DNA of 61,921 nucleotides, counting the filler, from Bipalium vagum (taxonomy: Eukaryota): assembly GCA_037834085.1 (NCBI GenBank). It is 3 parts of 3 records of this genome, joined end to end, with 100 filler letters (N's around TTAATTAATTAA, not from the genome) between each part and the next. Parts side by side here need not be neighbours in the genome. Positions count along the whole stretch, not along the records: positions 44,981 to 61,921 come from JBBMKC010080599.1; 2 more parts are not named here. One strand, written 5' to 3'. Position 1 is the first letter of the stretch; every line of letters begins with the position of its first letter. This document shows, one piece after another, positions 50,686 to 61,921 of the stretch. Both the position numbers and the translations under genes were made by a program. The notes beneath the pieces were generated by a model, which was given only the letters and a program-made list of their open reading frames with translations, was not told the origin of the DNA and did no database searches.

Positions 50686-52195
50686 TTAGGGGTGTATAGA
50701 TTTCCATCGTTATAAGAGAACAAATTTTAATAATAAATAAAATAATGGGTAATCTAAAAAGTTTCCGCCGTTTTTTAAGTAAACAAATAATGTTTTTATA
50801 TATAACAAATAAACTTTATTTAATCAAATATGTCCATTTTTGATCTACAATCTTTCGCAATTTATCTGGTAAAGTCATAATACCATCACTATAAATATTT
50901 TCGGATTTCTGATCTAAGAACTGTTCCAGGTACCTTTTGCAGTCATCTCTTGAAACCATTGTCTAAGAAAATTTTTTAGAGATCGAAACAAATGATAGTC
51001 CGACTGTGCTAGGTCTGGACTATAAGCTGGATGCATCAGAACTTCCCAGGATAAATCTTTCAATTTTGTACAAGTCATCAAAGAGTTGTGTGATCGGGCG
51101 TTGTCGTGAAGGAACACGACATTCTTTCTGTTGATTAAATGTGGCCGGTTTTTTTCATCTCTTGATTTAATCTATCAAATTGATCACAATAGAATATCGA
51201 ATCAACTGTTTGACAGGGTTCCAAAAGCTCATAATACACTATTCCTTTCCAATGCCAGAAAATAGACAGCATCACCTTTCTTGAGGACAATCTTGGCTTT
51301 GCAATCGTCTGTGGAGCTTTATCTTTTTTGGACCACGATCTTTTCTAATATTATTATCATAGGTGATCCATGTTTCATCTGCAGTAATCATTTTTTAAGA
51401 AAAGGATCAATTTCATTTCTTTTCAATAAGGAATCAAAAATGGAAATTCTCCTGATTAAATCCTTTTCTGATAACTTATGAGGCATCTTTTCAAAAAATA
51501 GAATTTCATAATGCATCGAATTTCTTCTTTATTATGAATTTTTTGCGATATCTATGAATTCATATAAACAAATTATATTATTAAAAATTATGATTTACCT
51601 ATTCTAACTAATTGATTTTATTATTTGAATTCTTAAAATTGATTTTCAAATTTATAATAAACTAATTAAATTAACCGATCTCCAATAATGTATGAGGAAT
51701 CCATTTTTACTTTAGAACTTTTTACATCTGATGCTACCGCCAAAGAATGGTGCTCTGATTTAAACGCGTGTCTTCTCGCTAGTTCTACACTCAATAGAGT
51801 GGAATCTTCTTTTAAAAACATTTCAAACTCGTTCAAACTCATCAATACCACCGCTTCTAAAGCATATGAGCCATTCGAAACATGAACTCTTGGCTATTGA
51901 TTCATTACCATTCGTTATGCAAATGAATTTGGTTGTTTCGGTAGATGTTTTTTCATTGATTAAAAAGAATGACAGCAGTGGAGAATATGTTTTTTATCAA
52001 TTCCATAATAATTAACTGAAACAAGTTAACCTTAAGCAAATAAACAAATTAAACAAATAAATTATGAGGCTATACATATCAGTATAATCAATAATGACTT
52101 AATTAAACAAATTTTTCAAAACAAAGCGTACATATAATAATATTAAATTAAGTATTATACATATGTGATCGATGGAAACTTATGCATACCCCTAA
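50686..52195 (-). mobile_element. Mariner with paired TIRs containing a second, internally deleted mariner (about 50745-51560)
   Basis: TIRs TTAGGGGTGTATAGATTTCCATCG / TTAGGGGTATGCATAAGTTTCCATCG. Outer N-terminus SSCFEWLICFRSG...WIPH at 51670-52000. Inner element EEIRCIMKFYF|PHKLSEKD...LHDNARSH...HPAYSPDLAQSDYHLFRSL. Confidence 0.88.
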
Positions 52196-53999
52196 CATAT
52201 CCGTTTAGTTTTTATAACCTATGTAAGATTTTCTTTCTCAAATTTTATTATTTTATTTCTGTTTTTAATATAATTTTAATGATAATTGATTATAATGACA
52301 TTGCTCCATAATTATTATATTTGGCATGTTATTTTTTATTGACATTAATTTATTATAATGACGCCACTGCAATATTTTATGTATAAATAATTTTAAAAAT
52401 ATTCTGATTTATTATTGACGAATTTTGACGTAAAGTCTTAAAAATATGTTTTAATAAAATTATTTATATTATTTAGATTTTATTATTATTATTATTATTT
52501 TTTTTTCTACTTGTCTTACATAAGTTTGCTAGTCATTTATTTCGGATGCCTTACTAATGATTGATAAGATTTATCAATTAGTGATAACTAATTTTTAGAA
52601 TTTTTATATTTTAATATTTATTTTGGATTTGATAAATTGGAAGACATTTAATATTTTTTAATCACAATAACTTTATCGATTCATAAAAGTTCTATAAAAA
52701 TAATGTAATTATTTTATATATTAAATAAAAATAAAATATAAATATATAACTTAATATATAAATATACATTGATTTGTTTTCAGAAAGTATCAAAATATGA
52801 AAAAATATCAATAACGATTGATTGAAACGAATGTCTGATTAAACTAAAAATTTTCTGAAAGTATTTTACCCGCTGATAAAACATGATGTGATCCATGAAT
52901 ATGATCCACTGGTAGACCCAAAGTCAGGGATGCAGTTTTTCATGTGATGGAAAACAAAAGATTACCTTAAAAGAAACGGAATCAATGTTGCCAATAAAAT
53001 GTTTTTATTATTACAAGTGTAACATTTATAAAAACTTTTCTCTGGGGGCTAACGGGAAATATTCCTTTAGGGTGTACACAAATGCAGAGTAGTGCACAAA
53101 ATTTCAATCAGAAAAAACATTGAGGTGCCTGATCATCGTAGTATTTATAGGATTTAGGTACATGGGACTCGTGCCTGATCTCAAGACTTAAATTAACAAT
53201 GAAGTAACAACACCCAATACCATTGAGGACATAATAAATGTATTTAAATAAATTTTTATATTTTACGAGTTACATTCAATTTAACAACAATTACCTTTCC
53301 TATGTGAAACACCACTTATTACCAGAATAATCTATCCTAAACACGTAAAATAATAATATTATATTTGAGAGTTTTATAAATATATATCTTATTTATTTTA
53401 AAGTAACACGAATGTAATGTTAAATTATATTCGTAGGTCCCGTATTTAATTATTCCAAAATCCATTTCCAAAATTATAATAATAAGAAATTACGACTCCA
53501 AACAGTGAACAAAGTTTTTTTTTTATTAAATATTTTGAAAAATAGTGAGTTTTGGCATATTTTGGCTTGCGGGAAACAGTGTTTATTTAAATTTTTAATT
53601 TATTTAATATTATTAAAATTTATTCAACATATTATTTATTCTTATCTAATTTTTATTTTAAATTTTAGGTCACAAAACCACATTCTGATTTTACGCCATT
53701 TATGAAGCGTACTCTCATCGTATTTTTTTTACTATCAAAACAGGAAAAACAAATATTTTTTTGAAATTTAACTAATTTTCGACTTTCTATCCGTGTCCCA
53801 TTTGTATCACCATAAATCAATATGACGAAAGTTTTTTAAATGAAAAAAACGTTCATTCTATGAGAGATGATCATTTACTTTATATTAATAAATGTACACA
53901 AAATCAACCTGAAAATTGACTTCTGAATAAATTATCATAAAACCAGCCTTAAAAAACCAAAATATAAATAATTTCACTCGTCAGATAAACACTAAATTT

Positions 54000-55045
54000 A
54001 TTTACGTACCACATTCCAATACCGTTATACATGATTTCTTCATGAATTCCTCCACTTTCTTACTTCCAGCATTATCCTCCTGGAACCAACAATTTTCTCC
54101 ATAATTTAATTTTATTATGGGCACAGCACTTTCTGACAAAAGTTTAATGTATTTATCTGAATTCATGGTTCCTTTCACGAATTTGAAAGACAGCAGGCCG
54201 TTTGGCATTGTCATCATCCATACCATAATGCTTCCACCTTTGCACTACCTCTTAATGCAATAACTTGTGGATGATTTGTGTACATAGAATCTCCAATCAT
54301 CTGGACCATCCAAAGAAAACCTCTTCTTGTCAGAAAAAATTGTGAGATCCTAATCATGATTAAATGAAATCCATGATCTTATGCATTTCAAACGTAATTG
54401 CTTTTGACCGGCTGTCAGATGACATCTTTTTGTATGTGAAACCAGCTTTCCTTAAATATATGTGTACCGTACTTTTTGATACATCCAAACCACATTCTTC
54501 TATTAATTTAGTTGCATTTATCTTTTCATTGTTTTTTTCTAAAAACACAAATCTTTCGTTTTACGCGCAATTTAGACACTTTATCCATTTTTTAATCTTC
54601 GGTCCTGTCTTCAACTTAATTCTTTTCAATCTGTAGACGCATAAATTGCAGGCTGCATCGCGTGTTATATTCAATCTTGTCGCAATGGCCACATAGGTAA
54701 ACCCTTCTGTTCTCCATTGAATGGCCAGTTTTCTTACAAATATATTGTGCATTATTGAATTAGAATCTAATATAATTTTTAATTAAAAATTATTTAAACT
54801 TGATAAAATTTAAACTTCCTGTGTCAAAAATTTGACTTTTAAATAAATTCAAAATTTACTAAATATGACTATATTATATAAACAGGTATTATAATATATA
54901 TATTATATATTATATAATCAATTAAAGAATTTTAAGAAATTTTAAATAAGCATTTTATATCCATACAAAATAAATTATAAAATTATTTTGATTAAGCATC
55001 GTATATAAAAATATAAGGTGTGTCTAAAAAATTGACCATCAGTAT
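54000..55045 (-). mobile_element. Tc1/Tc3-like transposon, frameshifted and 3'-truncated
   Basis: MHNIFVRKLAIQWR...KTGPK; VSKSTVHIYL; IFSDKKRFSLDGPD; GGSIMVW; FQEDNA; TIR-like sequence near 55015-55045. Confidence 0.85.
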
Positions 55046-56355
55046 GTAAACATTTCATGACATATTTTAGAGTTGAAAAACAGAAAGATATGTCATAAGT
55101 GTTTGTCAAATATTTTATTTAATTGAAGTGCTATTTATATAGTTCATATAAACAAAACGATTTTTTGAATAGAAAATTATTCAGTTTGTAATAAGTATGA
55201 GATAACGCATTAATTTTTTGCCAGTTTAATAATATTTATTAAGTAATAAAAATATGTTAAATTTTTTTTATATAACAATAATAAATATATTAAAAATGAA
55301 AATAAAAATTAATCAGCCGACTATTTATAAGGAAGAAATTTTTTTGATATAAATCTAATGTTTTAATCAAAAATATTTAATAGTATCATTAATAAATAAA
55401 ATAAAAAATCTTTAATGCTAGGTCTTATTGTTGTTTTTTTTAGCATTATAAATTCAGACATTTTAGATAACATTCCGTACATTTTCTAATCAGATCTTTG
55501 TAATATGGAGGAGATTAATGAAATTTTTTAACGACTTACTTCATTTAAAACAAACTATCATCTCTCTTGTGAACGACATCAAAAAGTGAAAAAGGCATAA
55601 ATTTTGTTTTGCTGTAAATAATTTTATGTCGAAGTAACGCTGTTCCAATCAATTTTATTCCGGATTCCAGCAATTAATAATTTTATCTACTCGCAGTAAT
55701 TTCAAATTTCTTTCCTTTTTTATTTTTAAAAATAAAGACTGACCAGTCTTGGACTCTTCAAAAGCATTTAATCTCGTTTTTAATTTGATTGCTATTTGTT
55801 ACATATGATAATTATTTATCGTTATTAATAGAAACTTTCATAAAATTTATTAAGTTTTATTTCTTATTAAAAATTTTATTATTATTACATTTATTATTTA
55901 GCTTAAAATTTTCATAAAGTAACAACAAATTTTTATCAATTTAATGTTTAAAAACATAAAATTGTTACTATTATATTTAACAAACTAACTTTCGCTGGAA
56001 TCTAGATAACTACTCACTTTCGTTCGAAAATCAATAAATACTCACTTTCTAAGATTATGTTAGTTTCGCTTACACAAATTTAACTCTATTGAATCAAAAC
56101 CCTGCAATAAAACCATTAAATTAAATAAAAAACAATCACAGTAAATCTTTCAACAAAAACTTGAATTTATCGTTATAAATATACAACCAAGTAATAAAAA
56201 CCAAAATCGATTCAATGTCTGAATATCAAAATCAACTCGAAAATGATCGTTAAGTTAAGCACAAATGCATATGAATTTAGGATAATTTATGATAAATGTC
56301 ACGAATAATAATTAAAAAGGAATCACGAAAAGAAAAATAGGAATTAAAAGGTAAT

Positions 56356-56930
56356 GTATGACAACCTCACCAGAAGCGACAAGGTTTTCCCGTGTCGTCC
56401 GCTAGGTCCTTTTCAGGTCACCTAAGAATTCCCAAACTTGCTGGGTCCCCTTGGTAAATCCTTTTGCATGTCGATCATCATGGATAAGAAAAATTACTGA
56501 AATCTTTGTCAATTTTTCAGCAGTATATCTTTAACTAATGACGTCCGGAATCTGCAGTGTTTCCTCAACGATTATCTTCGGAAATAGGCAATATATCCTC
56601 TACGAATAACCTCGGAAATATGACTTTTTGTCCTACACTGAAAATATTTGTCTTCACTGAAAATGCTTGTCCTTCACTGAAAAATAGTTTTCTCTTTTAT
56701 TTTCTGGGTGGCTTTATGGGAATTACCGTCTCTTTATATAGTCGTAGAGATTAGAATACGATCACCAATCCCTACGCTTTGAGACGGCTATTTCCCCTAG
56801 TAGCTATTAATCCTAACTTTATCTCCTCACCGAGATAAAAGTAGTCCAGAAATTAAAATAGTTCATTAAAAATAAAATTTAAAAGCAATATATCATTATC
56901 TCGACGAAAAGATTTTGATATATTGCTTTT
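56356..56930 (-). mobile_element. Solo LTR-like repeat of the same family as 37520-37875
   Basis: Reverse strand ends GTTGTCATACA; TATA block and other blocks shared with the 37.5-kb copy; three internal TTTTCAGTG(A/T)AG(G)ACAA repeats. Confidence 0.75.
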
Positions 56931-57199
56931 TCTAATATTTTCGATTTTCAATTTTTTAAAATTAAAATTATTAATCTTATTATTTCCCCTTTTGTGCCTT
57001 TGGCAAACAAAACAAAATGAAAAAAAAATATTTCAATATTAATAAATTAATTAACCGTATATAATTTTTTTTATATATTTGTATTCTGTTTAACAAGAAT
57101 GTAAAATTTTAAATTTTCTTAAACAACAGTTAAATCAATGCAATAAAAAAGCACTAAAGATTTAACTTATTAATACTTAAAATAGGCTTAACTTTATTA

Positions 57200-58175
57200 T
57201 TATTACTATTAGAAGCATTAGGATATTGCCAATCATAAGTAATTGCACTGTACAATTTCAATTTTGACATTAAATCTGCGAAGACTACTCGTAAAATCAA
57301 TGAAGCATTCGGTATGATTCGATACAGAAAAAGTGCACACCGTGTTAAGCTGATTTAAAATATTCAGGAGTGGAGATGAAAGCCTCTAGAGTGATATAGG
57401 TCGTTTATGTCTCTGTGCAGTTGACAGTGATGAAATAAAGATCTTGTTTGAAAGAGAACCACGTTCAAAGACTATAAAGCTTGTCAAAAAGTTAGGATTG
57501 CATCACCAATTTTTCTAGACTACCTTCTCAAACTTGCAAAAACATCGAAGGTCGGTAAATTGGTGTCCCGTGAATTGAAAGTTTTTCTGAAAATCGTCAC
57601 TATGAAACTCAGAATCAGTTCGCAAAGCCGAGATTGCAACAAAATAAAATCATGATGGACAGTTTAGTGATCAAAGGTAGGTCTGCATTTTCTAAAATCA
57701 AGGAAAAAATATTACATCAAAAACATATTACAAAGAAATTGACGAAATGCACCGGAAATTACATTCTTTGTTTTACGCATTAGTAAATAGAAAAATATCC
57801 AATAATTCTTCTCAATAATACCCAATCACATGTGCGAAACAAAAACTACAAAATCTGAATTATTATATTTTGGATATGAAAGTCTACCTCATCAAGGATC
57901 TATCGAGTATTGACTATATTTATTTAACATCTGACAAACGTCCTGCAAGAGAAAGTATTCTACAGCAATAGTGCTTTTCAGAATGTATTCTATGAGTTTA
58001 TCAATTCCAGATAACCGGATTTCTACGTCATCTGAAAAAAAAAGTTTATTTCGCGTTGGCAGAAATATGCTACTTATCATGGATCATATTTTAAATGAAA
58101 CATTTTCTTGTCTTCTCAGATTTTTAGTAATTTTTTGTCGATAAAGAACGCATTTATTTTTGGCCAATCAGATAT
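57200..58175 (+). mobile_element. Decayed near-full-length mariner
   Basis: ALYNF...TRKINEAFG; FRSGDESL; KEIDEMHRKL...LVNRK; GYE.LPH; RWQK; TIR-like TTATTTTTGGCCAATCAGATA. Confidence 0.8.
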
Positions 58176-58199
58176 TGTTTTGCTTATCAATAAAAAATT

Positions 58200-59280
58200 T
58201 TTGGTAAGAAATATTTTCTTATTGAATCAAATTTAAAAAATTTTTTTTCAGTTCTGACTATAATTAAACCGTTAAGTACTTTGTGTGGGGTTTCTCTTAA
58301 TTAACCATATGTTATCTTAAAAATATTATATAATCATCATTATTATTAAAAACAGAATACATAGAGAAATTCCATAATTAATTACATTGGTTGTATTTTT
58401 TCAAATCAAAAGATTTTATTATTCAATTCTTAGTCTTATAACTTTGAGTATAACCAAGCTCCTAGTGAGATCTTCATAAAAAAAACTCTTATAAGCAAAA
58501 TATATTATTTATAATTAATGGCAAATAATAAAATATTAAGTAATTCTTTAAAAAAGTGTTTAATCGATTTTTGTCTTTATTATTATACAAAACTGTAAAA
58601 AGATAAATAAAAAGACAAGAAATTTCATAAAGCATTGCATTTCTTTATTTTGAATTGTTTGTGAAATCTTTTAATTAATATTAATATAATTTTATAATTA
58701 TTTATACTGAGGGTTTGGTCTTAATAATAAGTTTATCAAAATTGAATTTCGCCTATAGCGAAAACAGTGGAAACGTTTTAGGTCACCTAACATATTATTT
58801 TGTTTATCATTTAAAGTACATTTTGTAAAATATATTTTTGATTAAATCAAATTTTATGAAATTCTCTTTTGTCCTGACTACGAAAACTGCTAAGTACTTT
58901 TTGTAGGGTTTCTCTTAATTAACCACATTTTATCCTAAAAATATTAGATAATAAACATTATTACTGGAAGAAACAAAATACATAGAGAAATTAAATAATT
59001 AATTAAATTGTCTGTATTCCTTTAAGTCAAAAGATTTTATTATAAAATTCTTAGTTTCATAACTTTGGCATCTGTGAATATTACGGTGATCATAGTGAGA
59101 TCTTCATAAAAATCAATGATCAGGTAATTTTTTCTGCTAATCGTAGCATAACCGAAAAATGCTAATTATAATTAAAACATTTTAATGAAAAATGAAAAAA
59201 TATTAAGTAATTCTTGAAAAAGGTATTTAATCGATTTTTTTGTTATTAATTTACAAAATATAAAAGGTCAAGAAAGAAAA
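58200..59280. repeat. Diverged tandem duplication, period about 620 bp
   Basis: TAAGTACTTT..GGGTTTCTCTTAATTAACCA, ATACATAGAGAAATT, TCAAAAGATTTTATTAT, TAGTGAGATCTTCATAAAA and TTTAATCGATTTTT recur in order at about 58270-58575 and 58890-59240. Confidence 0.85.
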
Positions 59281-59717
59281 ATAGTTTAAAAATAAATAAA
59301 TAATTTAATAATTATTACTGAAAGAGTTTTCTTACCAAAATTAATTTTAAATATCAAGATTTATCCTGTTTTGAAATTTTCACTGAAAAATATAATGCCA
59401 ATTATTCACGGTATTTCTTTTACTAAATAATAACTATTTCTTTATTCTTATACTTTAATTTGTTTTTTTGTAAACCTTCTGTTACACGTGCAATTTTATA
59501 CTTATTTATTATTGAATTAAATGTGAAATATCATTTGCACTATACACATTTCATAATTTTAATTATTTGGAGTTTACGATTTATTTTAATACGGTTTTGT
59601 TTAATCTGGCTAATTAATTATATAATTTGTGATACTGTTATAAATAACACTTTTAAAATTTTCTAAACATTACAAAATTATTATTTTTAAAAAAACGTGA
59701 TGTTTTAAATATAATAT

Positions 59718-60045
59718 ATTAGGGTGATTCAAAAGTATTTTTGTTAATTATTTAAAATATTAAAAACAAAAAAAAACAAAAACAAAAAAAAACAAAAACA
59801 AAAAAAAACAAAAATTATATTATGTTTCAAAGTAAAGGTCATTTGAATCAATAGTTTTAAGTCATCTATTTGCTAGTTGTTGGATCCCTTGTTGGTACCA
59901 TTCCTTGTTCTTGGACATGAAAAACTCTTGGCACACCGTTTTGATCTAGTTCAAGTTATTGAATCTCGGAGAAAATGGGCCATTGATCGAAAAAGATGGT
60001 AATTCGATGGGGCATTATCGGCACTGTATAATGGATGTGATTACA
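59718..60045 (-). mobile_element. Mariner C-terminal fragment with TIR; contains (AAAAACAAAAAAAAAC)n at about 59762-59812
   Basis: Reverse strand HPLYSADNAPSNYHLFRSMAHF...EFFMSKNKEWYQQGIQQLANR*...NDLYFET*; TA|TTAGGGTGATTCAAAA. Confidence 0.85.
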
Positions 60046-60099
60046 GTTCAATAGATAATATAGCCATATTTTCTACTTTAACAATAAATCCGTTCAACC

Positions 60100-60270
60100 A
60101 AGCAATAATGCATAAAAATTAAAAATTAATGCTAATTATACTTCCAAAGTTGCGCGAAATGACAAATATTGGTTCAGCTGAAGATGCCACTATTCTTACA
60201 GAAAAATGAGTTTTGAAAACATTTATTAAGTGTGGATATCCGGACGAATTTTTAAAATAAGAGAAACAAG
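60100..60270 (+). mobile_element. Possible Penelope RT thumb remnant
   Basis: KTFIKCGYPDEFLK resembles the PLE NGYP..FI motif; short and weak. Confidence 0.35.
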
Positions 60271-60419
60271 AAAATCCAACAGATGTTACAAAATCACTGT
60301 TAAAAAGAATGAAATATCTTTTGATGTACTGCTACAGAATATTCACAATTAAAACAAAATGAATTTTTATTATTAAAATATTTATGGTTAATGAAAACAT
60401 CCACTGCAAAAATTCTTGA

Positions 60420-60790
60420 AATAACCGAGCATTCATTACTAAATTGACTTCTATAGCACCTGAAATGATAACCGACTCAAAGATCTGAGGAAAAAAGATT
60501 ATTATAAAAAATTGATAAATCAAAATTCTGAAAACGGAATTACAATTGAGACCATAATGTAAAAAATGTTCGTATTGTTGAAGATGTTGAAAGAACATTT
60601 CAAAGAAAGACTTTGAGTTATGGAAAAATATATGCTCTGTCAACGTAAATAGTTCATGCTGATAATTGGAGGGGTTCCAATATCATTAAGCCTATTCATA
60701 ATAAGTGGAGCATATTGTGGTGAACCATTCATCACATTTTGTTGACCCGTATAACGTGATCAGATTGTTGAGAACTCTAATTAAATATTT
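60420..60790 (+). mobile_element. Merlin (IS1595/ISXO2-like) transposase remnant
   Basis: IDKSKF*KRNYN*DH...VERT; IVHADNWRG; EHIVVNHSSHFVDP. These match Merlin EIDESKFGKRKYNRG, IHSDxWRGY and H.TVNHS..FVDP. Confidence 0.82.
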
Positions 60791-61390
60791 CCTCCTCTTC
60801 AGATGCATTTTATTTAACAGGAAAGAATTACTTATATCTACAAATTTAGATGAAATCTTTACATAAATTTATTTCAATCAAAAATCGAAATTTCAGCCTA
60901 ATAAAATTAATTTTCAAATCATTGGATTCTCAATTCCTTATTTCTAAGAAATATGATTAATTTATTAATTATTGATTTAATTAAAATTCAATATTATTAT
61001 ATTTAAAATGTGACTATATTTTATAAATAAATTTTAATTATTTTAATCATAATAAAATTTATATTAGAATTAAAATTTTAAATTAGTATAATTAAAATAA
61101 TTTAAATTATGATTTTAAAAATAAAAATTTCCAACGTTTTACGAAAATAATTGTAAATAATTTTTGACCTCAAACGGAATACAGAACATATTTAATCTAT
61201 ACAGTATAAGATTATTTGTCATTTTTAAAACAATTGACCCTTGTAAATATTTTTTATTACAATATATTTTAATATAATTCTTTTAAATTACAAATAGACT
61301 TTCTAATTTATTATTAACATAATAATTATCAAAAATATTATATATAATATTCCATAAATAATAATAAACCAGAGAAAAATTATTAATTTT

Positions 61391-61405
61391 GTGTGTGTGT
61401 GTGTG
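61391..61405. repeat. (GT)n microsatellite
   Basis: GTGTGTGTGTGTGTG. Confidence 0.9.
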
Positions 61406-61921
61406 CTGCTAGAATTAATAAAGCATATTAAAATATCTTTTTTATTATAAATTAAATTTTAATTTAATTAGCTGTTCAAGTTTGAAAATGAAATAAAACT
61501 TATCAATAAAATCACAGTCTAGCTTAATGTCTAAAGCGATCAATCTATTATGAACAACTGAACTGTTTAAAACATCAGTTCTTGACATTAACTCATTTAT
61601 CTGTCAACTTAATTTTCATGCATCATTCATTTTTCCTGTTCAATTTTCGTCTTCAGCTGGAGCTCAATTAACTCGATGCAATTTTAATTTTTGATATAAC
61701 TCAAATCAATTTAGAAATTCTTTTTACAAATAAAATTGGAATTGATTTCACAGAAAAAATCCATTGTGCTCAACTATTTCCTCTTTTTGTGTAACGACTG
61801 GAAATAAATAATAGATAAACTTCTTTTTCTGAAAGCAAAACTGTATGATTTTAATTATAAATTAATTATAATTATTTAATTGATTATTGTACAAATGTGT
61901 GACATAATAAAATGTGATTAT

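Overview
Very AT-rich eukaryotic genomic DNA with short GT-AG introns. Composition and transposon content suggest a triclad flatworm such as Schmidtea or Dugesia (inference). The window is three contigs joined by artificial 100-bp linkers (44N-TTAATTAATTAA-44N at 22388-22487 and 44881-44980), so adjacency across them is not trustworthy. Host genes: (1) the 5' exons of an SLC35A4-like nucleotide-sugar transporter (- strand, about 1330-2812, largely missed by the ORF track); (2) the 3' part of an Ig-FN3-TM receptor of nephrin/sticks-and-stones type (- strand, 12126-20822); (3) a complete 10-exon ARID1/osa gene (+ strand, 23963-32326, about 1846 aa by my splice model). The rest is decayed mobile DNA: many mariner/Tc1/rosa/pogo/Merlin fragments, Gypsy remnants, solo LTRs and Penelope pieces. 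Two virus-like relics stand out. One is a Polinton/Maverick (adintovirus-like) remnant at about 4300-10030 with PLA2, integrase, a putative membrane-lytic peptide and an adenain-like protease; its integrase is split by a solo LTR that itself holds a rosa transposon. The other is a signal-peptide ORF at 38505-38957 with the GYDC...SLLD...C...CG pattern of chuvirus-type glycoproteins, lying behind an LTR-like promoter repeat, which makes it a candidate env-bearing retroelement. All family calls come from motif recognition by eye; no database searches were run.
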